A stretch of 61,068 nucleotides of DNA, filler included, from Aduncisulcus paluster (GCA_024181965.1; 6 parts of 6 records of this genome joined end to end with filler, not necessarily neighbours in it), one strand, 5' to 3'; shown: positions 46,935-58,747, counted from the first letter of the whole stretch. Numbers and translations: made by a program. The notes: generated from the letters alone by a model not told the origin.

Positions 46935-47253
46935 GACTATATTTTACCTTTCTTCGCGCATTCTTTTATTCTCAAACTAGTAAATTTGCTCCACCATCAT
47001 TATAAAGGTTATTAAACCAACAGAAGAGATTGATGATGAGGATGAATAGTCAATATATAGTCGGATTTGAAGGGAACTCAACAAAAACAAAGAAGAAATC
47101 TTTGAACTAGGATGGATTACGGAATTATAGCGGAAATTTAACTTGAAAACAGGAATATTCAAATACTTTGTGAAGAATAAAACAATGATTGAACGACAGG
47201 TTTGTTATCATTAAATATATTACAGATACTTTGCACCAATAGTACCTCAAATA

Positions 47254-48912
47254 TCAAGAATTATTGAGTTGAATTGGGAAATTGGATCTCAGGTTGAACA
47301 TTTGTTGGTTTTCACTAATCGATCCTTCAATAGTAACAACCTCAACAGAATCATACGATTTGGAGCATTTGTTTGAAACCATTTCAACATCATTCATGGA
47401 TTGACCCAAGTTTTTCATCATTTTTAAAACTCGATAATCACGAATCTCAGAAAGAATTCCCACAATAATAAAACTTGAAACATCAGATATTGGAAATAAC
47501 CACCATACTAAATTCATCGAAATCCCATCTATTTTAGTACAAATGAGAATAAGCGAATATAATATGATAATTTTCACAATTTGACAAAATGCAGCCAATC
47601 CTTGTTTGTTATCTGCTTGGAAATCACCACTGCTTATCATCAAATATGAATAACAAGCAACAAAGGCACAGTTAATCCTTAGCACGTGAGATCCAATCCC
47701 AACAAAATCAGAATAGAGTGGATTATCTCGAGAAATAAATTGACCCATAAGGAAAGGAGCAAAAGCCATCGTTAACATGGAGAGAATCAATGAAAAAAGA
47801 ACACAGACAATCTGAGAACTACGCTTAATTAAGTATGATTTGTTATATTCTTGAGCTCCCAGAACAAATCCCTGAAGCGGCAAAAATCCCTGTAAAAACC
47901 CTCCAGAAATGTAAATCGGAATCATTTTTAACTTTGTAGCAACACTAAATATTGCAATATACAAATTAATCACATCTGCAGGATCTATAACATCTGAGGA
48001 ATCCATATCAGCAATGAAACTGGCAGCGGCGAGAGGGCAAACCAGCCAGTTGACAATATAAACGGTAATAGCATTGCTTGCAAGCAACACAAATGGACCA
48101 ATCCCCAACAATAGAATTCTGATCATAAATTTTGGAACAGGAATTAGATTCTTCCGATGCAAACGAACATATGATTTCTTGATGAAATAATACACCATAT
48201 AAATTCCAGGAAGAGTTTGAGAAACAACGGTCGAGATAGCCGCCCCGTTCAGACCAAGATCGAACGTAAATATAAGGATTGGATCCAGAATAATATTCAG
48301 CACAGCAGCACAAATGGCTAGTGACATTCCTAGCATAACATTACCCTCAGCACGAGGAAGATTTGTACCTGAAGCAGATAAAGAGTATGCGAATGACCCA
48401 TATGCAATGATTTTAAGATAATCAGCGGCTAAATCTTCAATTTCTCCCTCGGCTCCAAAGGCACGAACGATTGGATGAGCAAATGGAACAATACATGCAG
48501 GGATAAGGAAAGCGAATACAATCCAATAGAATATTGTGTTTCCAAGAACCTTTTCAGCATTCTCCATCTTTCCTTCACCGATCAATTTTGAAATTAAAGC
48601 TGAACTACCGAGATTGCACAATCCACAACAGCCCCAAATAAGGAGTTGTTCAATGGGGAAAGCAATTGCAATTGCCGCCAAGGCATCAGAACTAAATCTA
48701 CCAATATAAATGGAGTCAATAGATGAATACAGGGCGCCAAACAGACATGAAATAATAGAAGGAATAGTCATAGAGGCAATGAGAGGAATAATCGGTTTCG
48801 AGGAGACTTTTTCTTCAAGGATAGATTTTGATCGCTTTCTTGGATGATTTCTTGCAAATTGCCGGGAATAATCATTTACCCTTTCATTTTCATCATCAAT
48901 TATATCTTTCAT
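47254..48912 (-). CDS. MATE-family efflux transporter (bacterial MepA-like)
   Basis: IPSII...LYSSIDSIYIG...ALAAIAIAFP, RAEGN, LNIILDPILIFTFDLGLNGAAISTVVSQ; ~12 hydrophobic segments. Confidence 0.93.
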   Translation of the reverse strand: MKDIIDDENERVNDYSRQFARNHPRKRSKSILEEKVSSKPIIPLIASMTIPSIISCLFGALYSSIDSIYIGRFSSDALAAIAIAFPIEQLLIWGCCGLCNLGSSALISKLIGEGKMENAEKVLGNTIFYWIVFAFLIPACIVPFAHPIVRAFGAEGEIEDLAADYLKIIAYGSFAYSLSASGTNLPRAEGNVMLGMSLAICAAVLNIILDPILIFTFDLGLNGAAISTVVSQTLPGIYMVYYFIKKSYVRLHRKNLIPVPKFMIRILLLGIGPFVLLASNAITVYIVNWLVCPLAAASFIADMDSSDVIDPADVINLYIAIFSVATKLKMIPIYISGGFLQGFLPLQGFVLGAQEYNKSYLIKRSSQIVCVLFSLILSMLTMAFAPFLMGQFISRDNPLYSDFVGIGSHVLRINCAFVACYSYLMISSGDFQADNKQGLAAFCQIVKIIILYSLILICTKIDGISMNLVWWLFPISDVSSFIIVGILSEIRDYRVLKMMKNLGQSMNDVEMVSNKCSKSYDSVEVVTIEGSISENQQMFNLRSNFPIQLNNS

Positions 48913-49490
48913 TTAATATGATATTGGAATACAATCGAAAAATAGAGACACAAGCTGGAAAAGGCTGGAATACGAAGCCTCGTCAAGGCTGAAAGAAATT
49001 ATCATAGTTGGACTGTAGAACTCAAGAAAAAGACATCATAACTAAATTTAAAAATAATAGGAAGTAATTAAATGAAATTATCATCTCAAATTGCAAAGAA
49101 AAACATTGTCTCTTTTTTAATTCTTTTCCAGAACAAAGATCTTCCAATAATTCCACCATTCGGGAATATATTTAAATTTTCAACCAAAATAATCCAATAA
49201 AATCATTTTATTTTTAACTTCAAAAAATAACTTCAAAATTGCAAAAAATACCAAATGAAGGAAAGAATTCCATTTTGTTATATATTAATTAGATCCACTT
49301 GATAATAGCATTGATAAAATAATAAATAAATGTCGCAAACGCAGCTTGAATTGTGTGATATTGAAACTTCGACTCGAAGTTTTTGTTCTGAATGATTAGC
49401 ATCAACAATATTCAAAGATATGTGTAAAAATAATTATAAAATGAGATAATAAGATAATGAAACATATCACGAAACCCAAATTATTCTAGG

Positions 49491-50517
49491 TTATAATTTT
49501 AAAGGTATGCCGGAAACGACTGCACCATCCCATAGAAGAATCCATTCATCATTAAGACAATACGGAATAGGGAAGAAAGAAGGGCTTGAGACACAACTTA
49601 ATACAATTGATTGTCTCTCAAAAGCTCTATTTTTAGAAATACACCGAACATATTCATTGTCTCCACTCTCCTCATCTTCCCACAATAGACACAATTCCTG
49701 AAATAGAATCCCGTGAGAAGCACTCACACTGACACATATCCGAATTCCATGATCAGCAATTGCGTGAATATTTGGAAACTCAGCAACTCCAACAGCATCT
49801 TCTTGGCATATCTCTTCCGGCATTCTTCTGTCTTCTTCCGGCATTCTTCTGTCTTCACTTTCGTCTTCTCTTTCTTCAAAAGAATCTTTACAAGCATCTA
49901 CAATAGTAGTAGCATCCTTGGATGCACATTTTGCAGGCATTTCGTTGCATTTTGGAGGCATTTCGTTGCATTTTGGAGGCATTTCGTCATCGAGGATTCC
50001 CCACGCACATACAGATAAAGGATAAAATGGAAGATCGGAGGAGACAGGTTCTTTTGACCGAGTAAAAGTAAAATCAATCACAAATAAATCTTCAATAAAA
50101 GCACCAAAAGAGGGGAAAACTGAGGACAAAACACAATTCCAGAGCCTACTTCTCCCCAATCCACCTCTCCAATCGCCATACAAGGATGTTGTCACTCTCT
50201 TATCGAGTCCAGCACTTACCACAATGCCGTCATCAACGATAGTCACCCCCATTACGCTTCCCTTGTGTTTCACCAAGGTATGGGTCTGTGAGAAGAATAA
50301 ATGAAGGTATGAAGAGGAGGATTCAATGGAAGAGATATCATTAGATGGGGTAGTCAATGTTATATCGGACTCCGTTTCATTCCACGAAGTACGAGAGAGC
50401 GTATTATCGTAGTTATTTTGAACATATGACGATGAACTATTACTCACACCTCCAGAAGGAGTCCTTTCTTCTCCTTCAACAATACGTAGTTCCCTTCTCT
50501 TCCCTCCATCTTTCTCC

Positions 50518-50549
<32 letters not shown>

Positions 50550-51577
50550 AGACGTATGAGTATTGTTATTAATATTATTGTTATTAATAGTATTGTAAGA
50601 TCCTATCAAAGATCCAGAGGCCACAGGAATTAGCTCTTCAACGAAAACTATATCACACACACAGAGAAGGCCATCACGGAGTCCCAGAGCAAGTACACAA
50701 CATTCACACAGAGCAAACACATTATCTTCACTCGAAACATCGACACTCATCCCAAGAGAAGAACTACAAGGTGGTTGTTGTTCCTCAGATAAATCTATTT
50801 TTAGAACATTATGTTCATGGTGAGAAAGAGTTGCCGAGGTATCAGCATTGTCACTTTCTTCTCCTTCTTCTCCTCCTCCTCCTCCTCTTCTTGGAGATAA
50901 AGAGTGAGGTGGAATACCACTGTTCTTCAATATAATCGTACTAGAGCTGGATTCAGAACTCCCATCTTCCTCCTCCTCTTCCTCTCCTTCTTCTCTTCCT
51001 TCTTCTCTTTCTTCTTCTTCTTCTTCTTCTGCATCGCACTCACATTTACATAAATTACCACTATCACATTTGGTTGCATTGTGACAATTGGCAGCTGTTC
51101 TTTGAATGCCAATTTGAGAGGATGAGGAAGCCATAGAGGACTCAAGAACATATCCAGAAGTGTGACAGAACATGGAACATGAACAGGGCATATGATATGG
51201 ATATCCGGTAGAATAATACATGTGGCTATTTTTAGACATGTGGTTATTTTTAGACATGGAATCGGCATCAAAATCAGAATCAGAATCAGAAGATGTTGAA
51301 GAAGAAGAAGATGTTGAAGAAGAAGAAGACATGTAATTAAGGTGATTGTCTGCATACTTTGATAGACCGGCTTCATCAAGAGCCTTTGAGAATCGTTTCT
51401 CAAACTCCCTCTGAATTGATATTTCAAACAATCTCTCCTCTTCTTCTTCTTCTTTTCGAACCCTTTCCTCCTCTTCTTCGAGATCTTCTTCTTCTTCTCC
51501 GACTCCGTGTTGACTGACTTGAGATATTTGAGTTGGTTCAATTTGAAGATGTCTTTTAGTCTGCCTGATTTTCTCTC
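49491..51577 (-). CDS. Low-complexity protein with at least one WD40-like repeat, 5'-truncated
   Basis: Frame open to the scaffold end; HKGSVMGVTIVDDGIVVSAGLDKRV is WD40-like; short in-frame repeats EMPPKCN x3 and EDRRMPE x2. Confidence 0.7.
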
Positions 51578-51677
51578 NNNNNNNNNNNNNNNNNNNNNNN
51601 NNNNNNNNNNNNNNNNNNNNNTTAATTAATTAANNNNNNNNNNNNNNNNNNNNNNNNNNNNNNNNNNNNNNNNNNNN
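51578..51677. other. Artificial scaffold spacer
   Basis: N44-TTAATTAATTAA-N44. Confidence 0.98.
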
Positions 51678-52054
51678 CTCGTTTATTAGCACTCACGGTC
51701 AATGAAACAACTAGATCCGCTTCCCATAGACGCTCATCGCCTGTTCTTGAACCAATTGCGGGAGCAACCGAGGATGATGAATTAACGGTTGCTCAGGACG
51801 CAAGTCATCAAGAAGAATGCCGTTTCCGTCATGTAAATCACCACTGCATTTTCTTCCGATTCCGACAATTTTCTCTTCCTTCCTCTTCTCTCACATTCGT
51901 CAATTGTACTATCTAACCATTTCCACCTTCTCACAGTTCGTTCCGACCTATCTAATACACCCGAAACCCAATCTTTCTTACAAAGCCCTTCCATCACCCT
52001 TTTTCCGACTTTACACCTAATATAACGTGGTATATGCTTATTGATATGGGGCAT
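51678..52054 (-). mobile_element. Degenerate Tc1/mariner-IS630-like transposase, N-terminal DNA-binding region
   Basis: HTH-like VSGVLDRSERTVRRW followed by the GRPR-type linker RRGRKRKLSESEE; the frame then breaks and the scaffold ends. Confidence 0.6.
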
Positions 52055-52354
52055 TTTAATGGTATTTTCCCTTTTAGCTGTCCAAATCGATAGATAAATC
52101 TAATCTCTTAGTTCCACCATACTATGACATTTTAAAGAAATAAAACATTAATTTTATAAAATAATTAATTTAAAATTCATATTGTATAATTTATTAAAAT
52201 GTCGATTACCTTCACTTTTCGGTGAGCTCCCTTACCTTTCCCTTGTTGGTGAAACGGTCACTTTTCATGAAACCAGCAATAATAACTTATTAGAAACTTA
52301 TTTGCTGGGGGAGAGCTGTTAATTTGGTAACCAAATTTTGGTTTGAGATATTTA

Positions 52355-52440
52355 CACTGGTGTGCCATTATCATCGATTAAGTAAATAGTACGATTTAAA
52401 TCATAGTGGAATTATTTTACTGATAAATGGTACGCCTGTG
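52355..52440. mobile_element. Candidate 86-nt MITE with imperfect ~19-nt terminal inverted repeats, flanked by TA
   Basis: TA|CACTGGTGTGCCATTATCA ... TGATAAATGGTACGCCTGTG|TA. Confidence 0.5.
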
Positions 52441-52753
52441 TAATAAATCCTGCAATACTGTCAGACAGTCATACGAATAATCATGAAATTTTATGACTGG
52501 TCAGGGCTGGGAATAAGCGAATTGGCTGAATAAACGTCCAATACCAAGAACGGTTCGTAACACCATGGTCTCACATTAGGTAACAAGAAATGAATGGGTG
52601 TAATTTTATATTCAATAAAAAGCAGTGAGTTGGAAACAAATCATTCTTCTTCGCAGCAATCAAGCCAAACTTTGCAACACTTACTGCTCCACACATCGTC
52701 GCCTAAAATAGAGCTGAATATTTGAGAAAGTAGATATTATTAATATAGATATC

Positions 52754-53566
52754 CTATAATAAACCAAGTTTCTCCTTGTTAGCGATTGATTCATCATCTT
52801 TCATCATGGTACAGATCGATTTTAGTACATCCTGGCAATCTCTCTCCTCCGTAAACATTGTTGGCATAATAGCCCATTTACGTGTAATATCCGAGTGAAC
52901 ACAGTGAGTTCCCTCAATATTACCATCCGAATGACTAATGCAATGAACACAAGTATATGCTGAAAACATCATTCGAAGAGATGAGATAATGGAGGATAAA
53001 ATCATTCCTGTCGAACGATCGGTCTTATTAAGCGCAACAATAATAGGTATACAACCAAGGGAAGGGTCAGAAATAACAGATTTTAATAAATCGAGGGAAT
53101 AAGAGATATGCCTGGGTAATTCAAGAGATGCTGATGGAGAGACACTAGGATTGGAGGAATCATCAGGGATATCTTCTTTTTCAACTGGAACAGATACTTT
53201 TGAGACAAAATCAGAACTGGGAACAACAATTTCATCATCATCTTTGGGTTCCGGCATAGATAGAGATTCTGAGGTATCAATGACAAAAATCACTCCTGTG
53301 CAAGAGTGATAATATGATGACCAGGACGATATAAATGATGGGTGACCACTAAGGTCAAATATAGAGAGATCAGTTCCATGCGTATTGAAACGGACTTGAT
53401 TCTGACCAAGAGTAGGGGTAATCTTTGAATAGGGTTTTAATCCCGCCAATTCTCGGCAAAAATTCAACAAGGTGGTTTTCCCAGCAGACAAACCGCCGAG
53501 AAGCAAAATCGATCTCGATGGTTTGCAAAAAAATTTATGAAAAATATATCTAGAAGTGGTAAACAT
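52754..53566 (-). CDS. Divergent Arf-like small GTPase (ARFRP1/Arl3p-like)
   Basis: GGLSAGKTT, KITPTLGQN, FDLSGH, WSSYYHSCTGVIFVIDTS, LNKTD; no N-terminal Gly2. Confidence 0.8.
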   Translation of the reverse strand: MFTTSRYIFHKFFCKPSRSILLLGGLSAGKTTLLNFCRELAGLKPYSKITPTLGQNQVRFNTHGTDLSIFDLSGHPSFISSWSSYYHSCTGVIFVIDTSESLSMPEPKDDDEIVVPSSDFVSKVSVPVEKEDIPDDSSNPSVSPSASLELPRHISYSLDLLKSVISDPSLGCIPIIVALNKTDRSTGMILSSIISSLRMMFSAYTCVHCISHSDGNIEGTHCVHSDITRKWAIMPTMFTEERDCQDVLKSICTMMKDDESIANKEKLGLL

Positions 53567-53903
53567 ATAAATATAATTATTTAAGATATTAGGTCGAGTG
53601 CCAAACGCGATTTTTCGGGAGTTCTTCTCTCCACGTTTGAATATGATGATAAAATTGGCATTTTAATAATTGGAGAAAATTATACTGATGTAATAAAAAA
53701 TAAATGATTCCATTTCGTCTTGTTTTATTGTGAAATGTGCTTCTGAATCATTTTCACAGTGAACATGAAACTTTTATAATTATTTATTTTCGTTATCTTT
53801 TAAATCTAATATTTTAAAAACGATTTTCAAGTGTCATTTTCATATTAACTAAGCATGTTCCGATTTTTTTAAAAATATAGAATTTGTAAAGCAATCGAGT
53901 CAA

Positions 53904-56900
53904 ATGCATCCTATTGTTGAGAGGATTAAAGCATTAAATAATGCAATTGACTCGATTGAATCAAGTTCTGTTGATTTGTCAGCACATAGGAACTATTCGA
54001 GTTATAGAAAAGAAGTCTTGAATACATTGAATCGGCAACATGGAATATTTGGTTTGTTTTTGAACTGGTGGAATGGATTGGAAAGCTGGATAGCCCTTTT
54101 GATTGTATCTTTCCTTGGGGCTCTCTTAATATCATTTACTGTACTTTCTGCGTCTTGGTTGCATGATATTAAGTCTGGAATGTGCTCTGATAATATTTTA
54201 TTGGCTCTGGATCTTTGTTGCTGGAACAAGCTTGACACAGATCCCAAAACTGGTAAATGTGAATCTTGGCTCACCTGGGAAGAAGTATTTTCTGGTGGTC
54301 AGCCCCCTGTTTCAAAATGGACCTTATCAAGCGCAAAGATTCTCGGAATCATTCTATTTATCGTATTATCGTTGTTATTTGGAATCTTTGCCTCACTGTT
54401 TTCCAACAATTTGTCAAAGTTTGTTCAGAGCAGTGGTGTTGCTCGTCTTAAAACCTTTTTGAATGGTGCCCACGAGACTAAATTTCTCAATTTATGGACC
54501 CTCATTGGTAAAGCTTTCTCTCTTATTTTTACGGTTGCTAGTGGTTTGAATATTGGACAAGCTGGACCTACTGTACATTTAGTGTCTTGTGTTGGGCAAC
54601 TTGTAGTCAATTTATTCCCCAAATTCCGCTGCAATGAAGTTTATAGAAGAGAGATTTTAACATCAACCACCGCCGCTGGTTTGAGTCTTGCTTTCAATGC
54701 ACCCATTTCGGGGGTTATGTTTTCATTCGAAGAAACGTCGACTATTATGCCGTTCCGTCTCTTTTCCCATGGTTTCTGGTGTGCTGCTCTTGCGGCTCTT
54801 TTCCTTGATGTCTTGGACCCTCGTCACAATGGAGTTACGCCTTTGTATGAGACAAATTTCATGACAACATGGCATTTTGCAGAACTTCCTTTCTTTATTC
54901 TTGTTGGGGTTGCGAGCGGTGTTATAGGCGGTTTATTTGTTAAGATACACTTTTGGTTTTCCAAAATTCGTCAAAGGTTCAAACTAAGAGATAAATATCC
55001 AACTATTGAAGTTATTATTGTCGTGTTAATATCCATAATAATCAATAATTTTTCTCCATTCGGTATGAGACTCCATTCTTCTCTTCTTGGCGTTTTATTT
55101 TCATCGTGTTCATATCCCACTGAACATAGCCAAATGTTCTGCTCGTTTTATCCCTCGTCACATGAAGGTGCAAATGCTGATCTTATATCAGTCATCAAAG
55201 ACCTTTTTATTTCTCTCGGGATAGAGTTTATTATGGTTGTGCTGGCATTTGGATGTAGAGTCCCTGCCGGTGGTTTCATTCCGTTGCTTGTGATTGGTGC
55301 TATCATTGGTCGTTTGATTGGTACTTGGGTTGCTGTGATGCAAGATCATAACTTTAGCTCTTTGGACGGATTTTGGGGTGAATGTTCGACGGCTGGCCGG
55401 TTCTTGTGTGTAGAGCCTGGTATGTATGCTTTATGTGGTGCTGCAGGATGTTTGTCTGGAGCCACAGCTTTAACAATGAGCACGATAGTTCTTGTGTTGG
55501 AGATGAGTGGAGACATTCAAATGATTGTACCGGCCATGCTCTCGGTGATTGTCGGTAAAATGGTCGGTTCCGCTTGTTCTTCCCCTCTTTTCCAAGGTGT
55601 GATAGAGCATGAAAGGATGGCATTTGTTCCCGAGAGTCTCCGTGATGCTCGTATTCTGAACACTAAGATTTTATTCTTAACACCTATTGGTTCACACGAT
55701 ATTCTCCCTGCCGACTGTGCTACCCTTGCTCATGTGGTTGCTGTGTGTGAATACGACCCATCCCTTGCGACATTTGTGATTATTAACAACACTCGTGACT
55801 GCAAGTTTATTGGAATAATCACTCGGGAAAGAATATTGGCCTCAATCAAGATGTTAGCTGACAAAGTTCCTGAAATACTCAGTCCACACACTCTTCTTCT
55901 CTTTGATGATTGTAATACGTCCGGAGGGAGTGAATTATTTCCAAATGTATGGAGAGAAAATGAATATAATTTCTTGATGGATGATGGAAGGTCGAGTTCT
56001 TCTTCTTCCGATGATAATGATGACCGTGACGGTGACGGTGACGGTGGTGACCGTGAGAGTTTAGATGAAAGAAATGGCGATGACCGTAAGATTAAAAAGA
56101 AGGAAGAAGGAGAAGGAAGAGGGAAGAAGAAAGCCGAGAGTTCTGAACTAGAAATGTCCCAAGATAATGCCTCGGAATCGAAACAATCTCATTCATCTCG
56201 CCACAAGAAAAAGAATAGTTCTAGTGGTGGCAAACATCCATCCATAGCCGCTCATCTTCACGGATATGCCCATACTCGTAATTCCTCCTCCTCATTCTTG
56301 AAGATGATTTCAGATGCCAAAGATGAGGACAAATGGTTAGAATCGTTGCCAATACCACCAGATGTTGATCATCAGAGAGAAGAAGAGGACAAGACAAGGT
56401 TAGAGACATTATTNNNNNNNNNNNNNNNNNNNNGATTAAAAAGAAGGAAGAAGGAGAAGGAAGAGGGAAGAAGAAAGCCGAGAGTTCTGAACTAGAAATG
56501 TCCCAAGATAATGCCTCGGAATCGAAACAATCTCATTCATCTCGCCACAAGAAAAAGAATAGTTCTAGTGGTGGCAAACATCCATCCATAGCCGCTCATC
56601 TTCACGGATATGCCCATACTCGTAATTCCTCCTCCTCATTCTTGAAGATGATTTCAGATGCCAAAGATGAGGACAAATGGTTAGAATCGTTGCCAATACC
56701 ACCAGATGTTGATCATCAGAGAGAAGAAGAGGACAAGACAAGGTTAGAGACATTATTCGATATTGACAGTGGCATTATTCCTGCTGATGAACATCACACA
56801 CCAAAGGTACCAAAAGATGCAGCTGAAAACGAGAAAGAGCAGCCATTAGATTTGTTGTTAGGCGATGAATCAGGACATATCTCTACCACTGAAACTGAAC

Positions 56901-58747
56901 ATCCCAGTTCTTTCTCAAAGGTTTCTTCCTCCTCATCTTCCTCTTCCTCTTCCTCTTCCTCTTCCTCTTCCTCTTCCTCGAGTGGTGAAGAAAGATGTGA
57001 CGATCAACCTGAGAAATCTGGTCTTTTAGCTCTTGCCAGCAAGAAGATACTGCTCTCAATGTCACTTAAACAGGCCCAGGAGAAAGAGAAAGAGCGTTTG
57101 GAATTGTTAAAATCTTTCAATACAGTTGGTCTTGATGATTTTGACCCCTCTGAAGTGACTGAAAAGGATGTATCTTCCCTCAAAAGTAGTGCATATCCCC
57201 CATCAAAAGGATCTCCAAACACACGTATGCATATTCCTAGGTCAAAGTCAGTCAAAAGGTATACACAGTGGTGGGAAAGTGTTTTGAAAGAGACTGAGCT
57301 GGAACGTGAGAGAATGAAAGAAAAGGAACAGTTAAGAAGAGAAAAGCTGGAAAGAAGAGAGAAGAGAAGGGAGAAGAAGATTGCTAAACAGAAACGTCGG
57401 CAAGAAGCCATCAAAAGGAAGAAGAGGGAAGAGAAAGAAAGGAAAAGATTGGAGAAACAGCTTAGAAAGAGTATTGATCATCAGTTGAGTGAATCTGAGA
57501 CTACAAAGAATGATATTTCAACAAGCGATCTCAAATTCTCTGAGATACCATCTGGATTTGCGGATGAGGTGATAGAAGGAGAGGAAGAATCATCCTCGTC
57601 GGAATATTCGTATAGTTCTAGTCTATCTGATGATCTGATCGGTACAAAACTTGGTGATTCTGAGCATTCTTTGGACAAGATCACTTTGGCATCTACTTCT
57701 CTTCTTGCTCCAACTAAACTATACCTTCCATTCTGTTCTAATGATCCTGTTGACTCGAAATTGTTGTACACAACATATAACAATCGTATGATCGGTGTAT
57801 TCGATGAGGATTTAAATGCAATGTTCGGTGTGAGTCGGAACAATTTTGCCAAAGTTTCTTTCCCTTTTTCGTTAAAACAGCATGCCATCGAGGCTGCTCG
57901 TGCACATACTTTGCGTTATAGAACCTTCCAGATCGAAGAAGTTGATGATAGTCGGACAGATCGCTTGAAGGAGTGGATGTCACGCCGAAGTCACAAAGAA
58001 TATGAGGATGGTGCTGAACATGAAGATGATAGATCAGAAGAGAAAGAAGAGAAAGAGAAAGGAGAAAGAGAGAAAGAAGGAGAGGAAGAGAAAGAAGTAG
58101 ACGAGCACTTCCTTGGCGTTTCAGTTCAAACTAGACCTACTCGTGCCAAAACAATGAGTCATTCACACTCTTATACGGCACACTCTTCTGAGTTGACTCC
58201 AGGATTATCTCCTGCTCGACGCAGTGGATCATTATCTAATTCGCCTGCCACAGCTCGTTATAAGCGTGGTATCACTTTTATTGATGATTCAACTCCTCGA
58301 ATAAGCTCTCCGGATTATGATACTCGCCGTGGATCCATGTCTCGGTCTGACACTGGACATTCGACCATACACCGATCTATATTTACACATACCACACTTG
58401 ATACATTCACAACAAACCCAGGCATTGTCGAGGAATCATATGGTGAAGTTAGTGTTGTTGATGCACTTAATAAGTGGAGTGTTTTGGAGAACAGGGAAGT
58501 CAGAGTGGAGGTTAAAAGATCAAAGGGGTTGAAAGAAAAAAGAATCCCGTTGCAAACAATCGATTTTAGCGATATGCTGGATAAAACTACGATGATTGTA
58601 CCTTCTTCAATCACTGTTTTTTCGGCTATGTCTATTTTTAGACACACTGGTTGTGCTTTTCTTGCAGTTGTTGAAGATGGTTCTTTTGTTGGATTGCTCC
58701 ATAGAAACATTCTCGCAGCTTGTGTTGCTGGAAAGAAGGCTCATTAA
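53904..58747 (+). CDS. CLC chloride channel/transporter (CLC-3/4/5-like), ~1499 aa after collapsing the gap duplication
   Basis: SSGVA, GQAGP, AFNAPISGVMFSFEE, VPAGGFIP, EPGMYALCGAA, two CBS domains. 56090-56413 is repeated at 56434-56757 across N56414-56433; 2510+1990=4500 nt in frame. Confidence 0.93.

Noticed and set aside
46929..46938. TTTACAGACT shared between the candidate LTR end and the end of the 33-kb insertion (33417-33426)
   Set aside because: No other similarity between the elements, and the LTR end is itself uncertain.
12440..51677. Recurrent TTAATTAATTAA palindromes in N-runs
   Set aside because: Artificial six-frame-stop linkers; gene neighbourhoods across them have no biological meaning.
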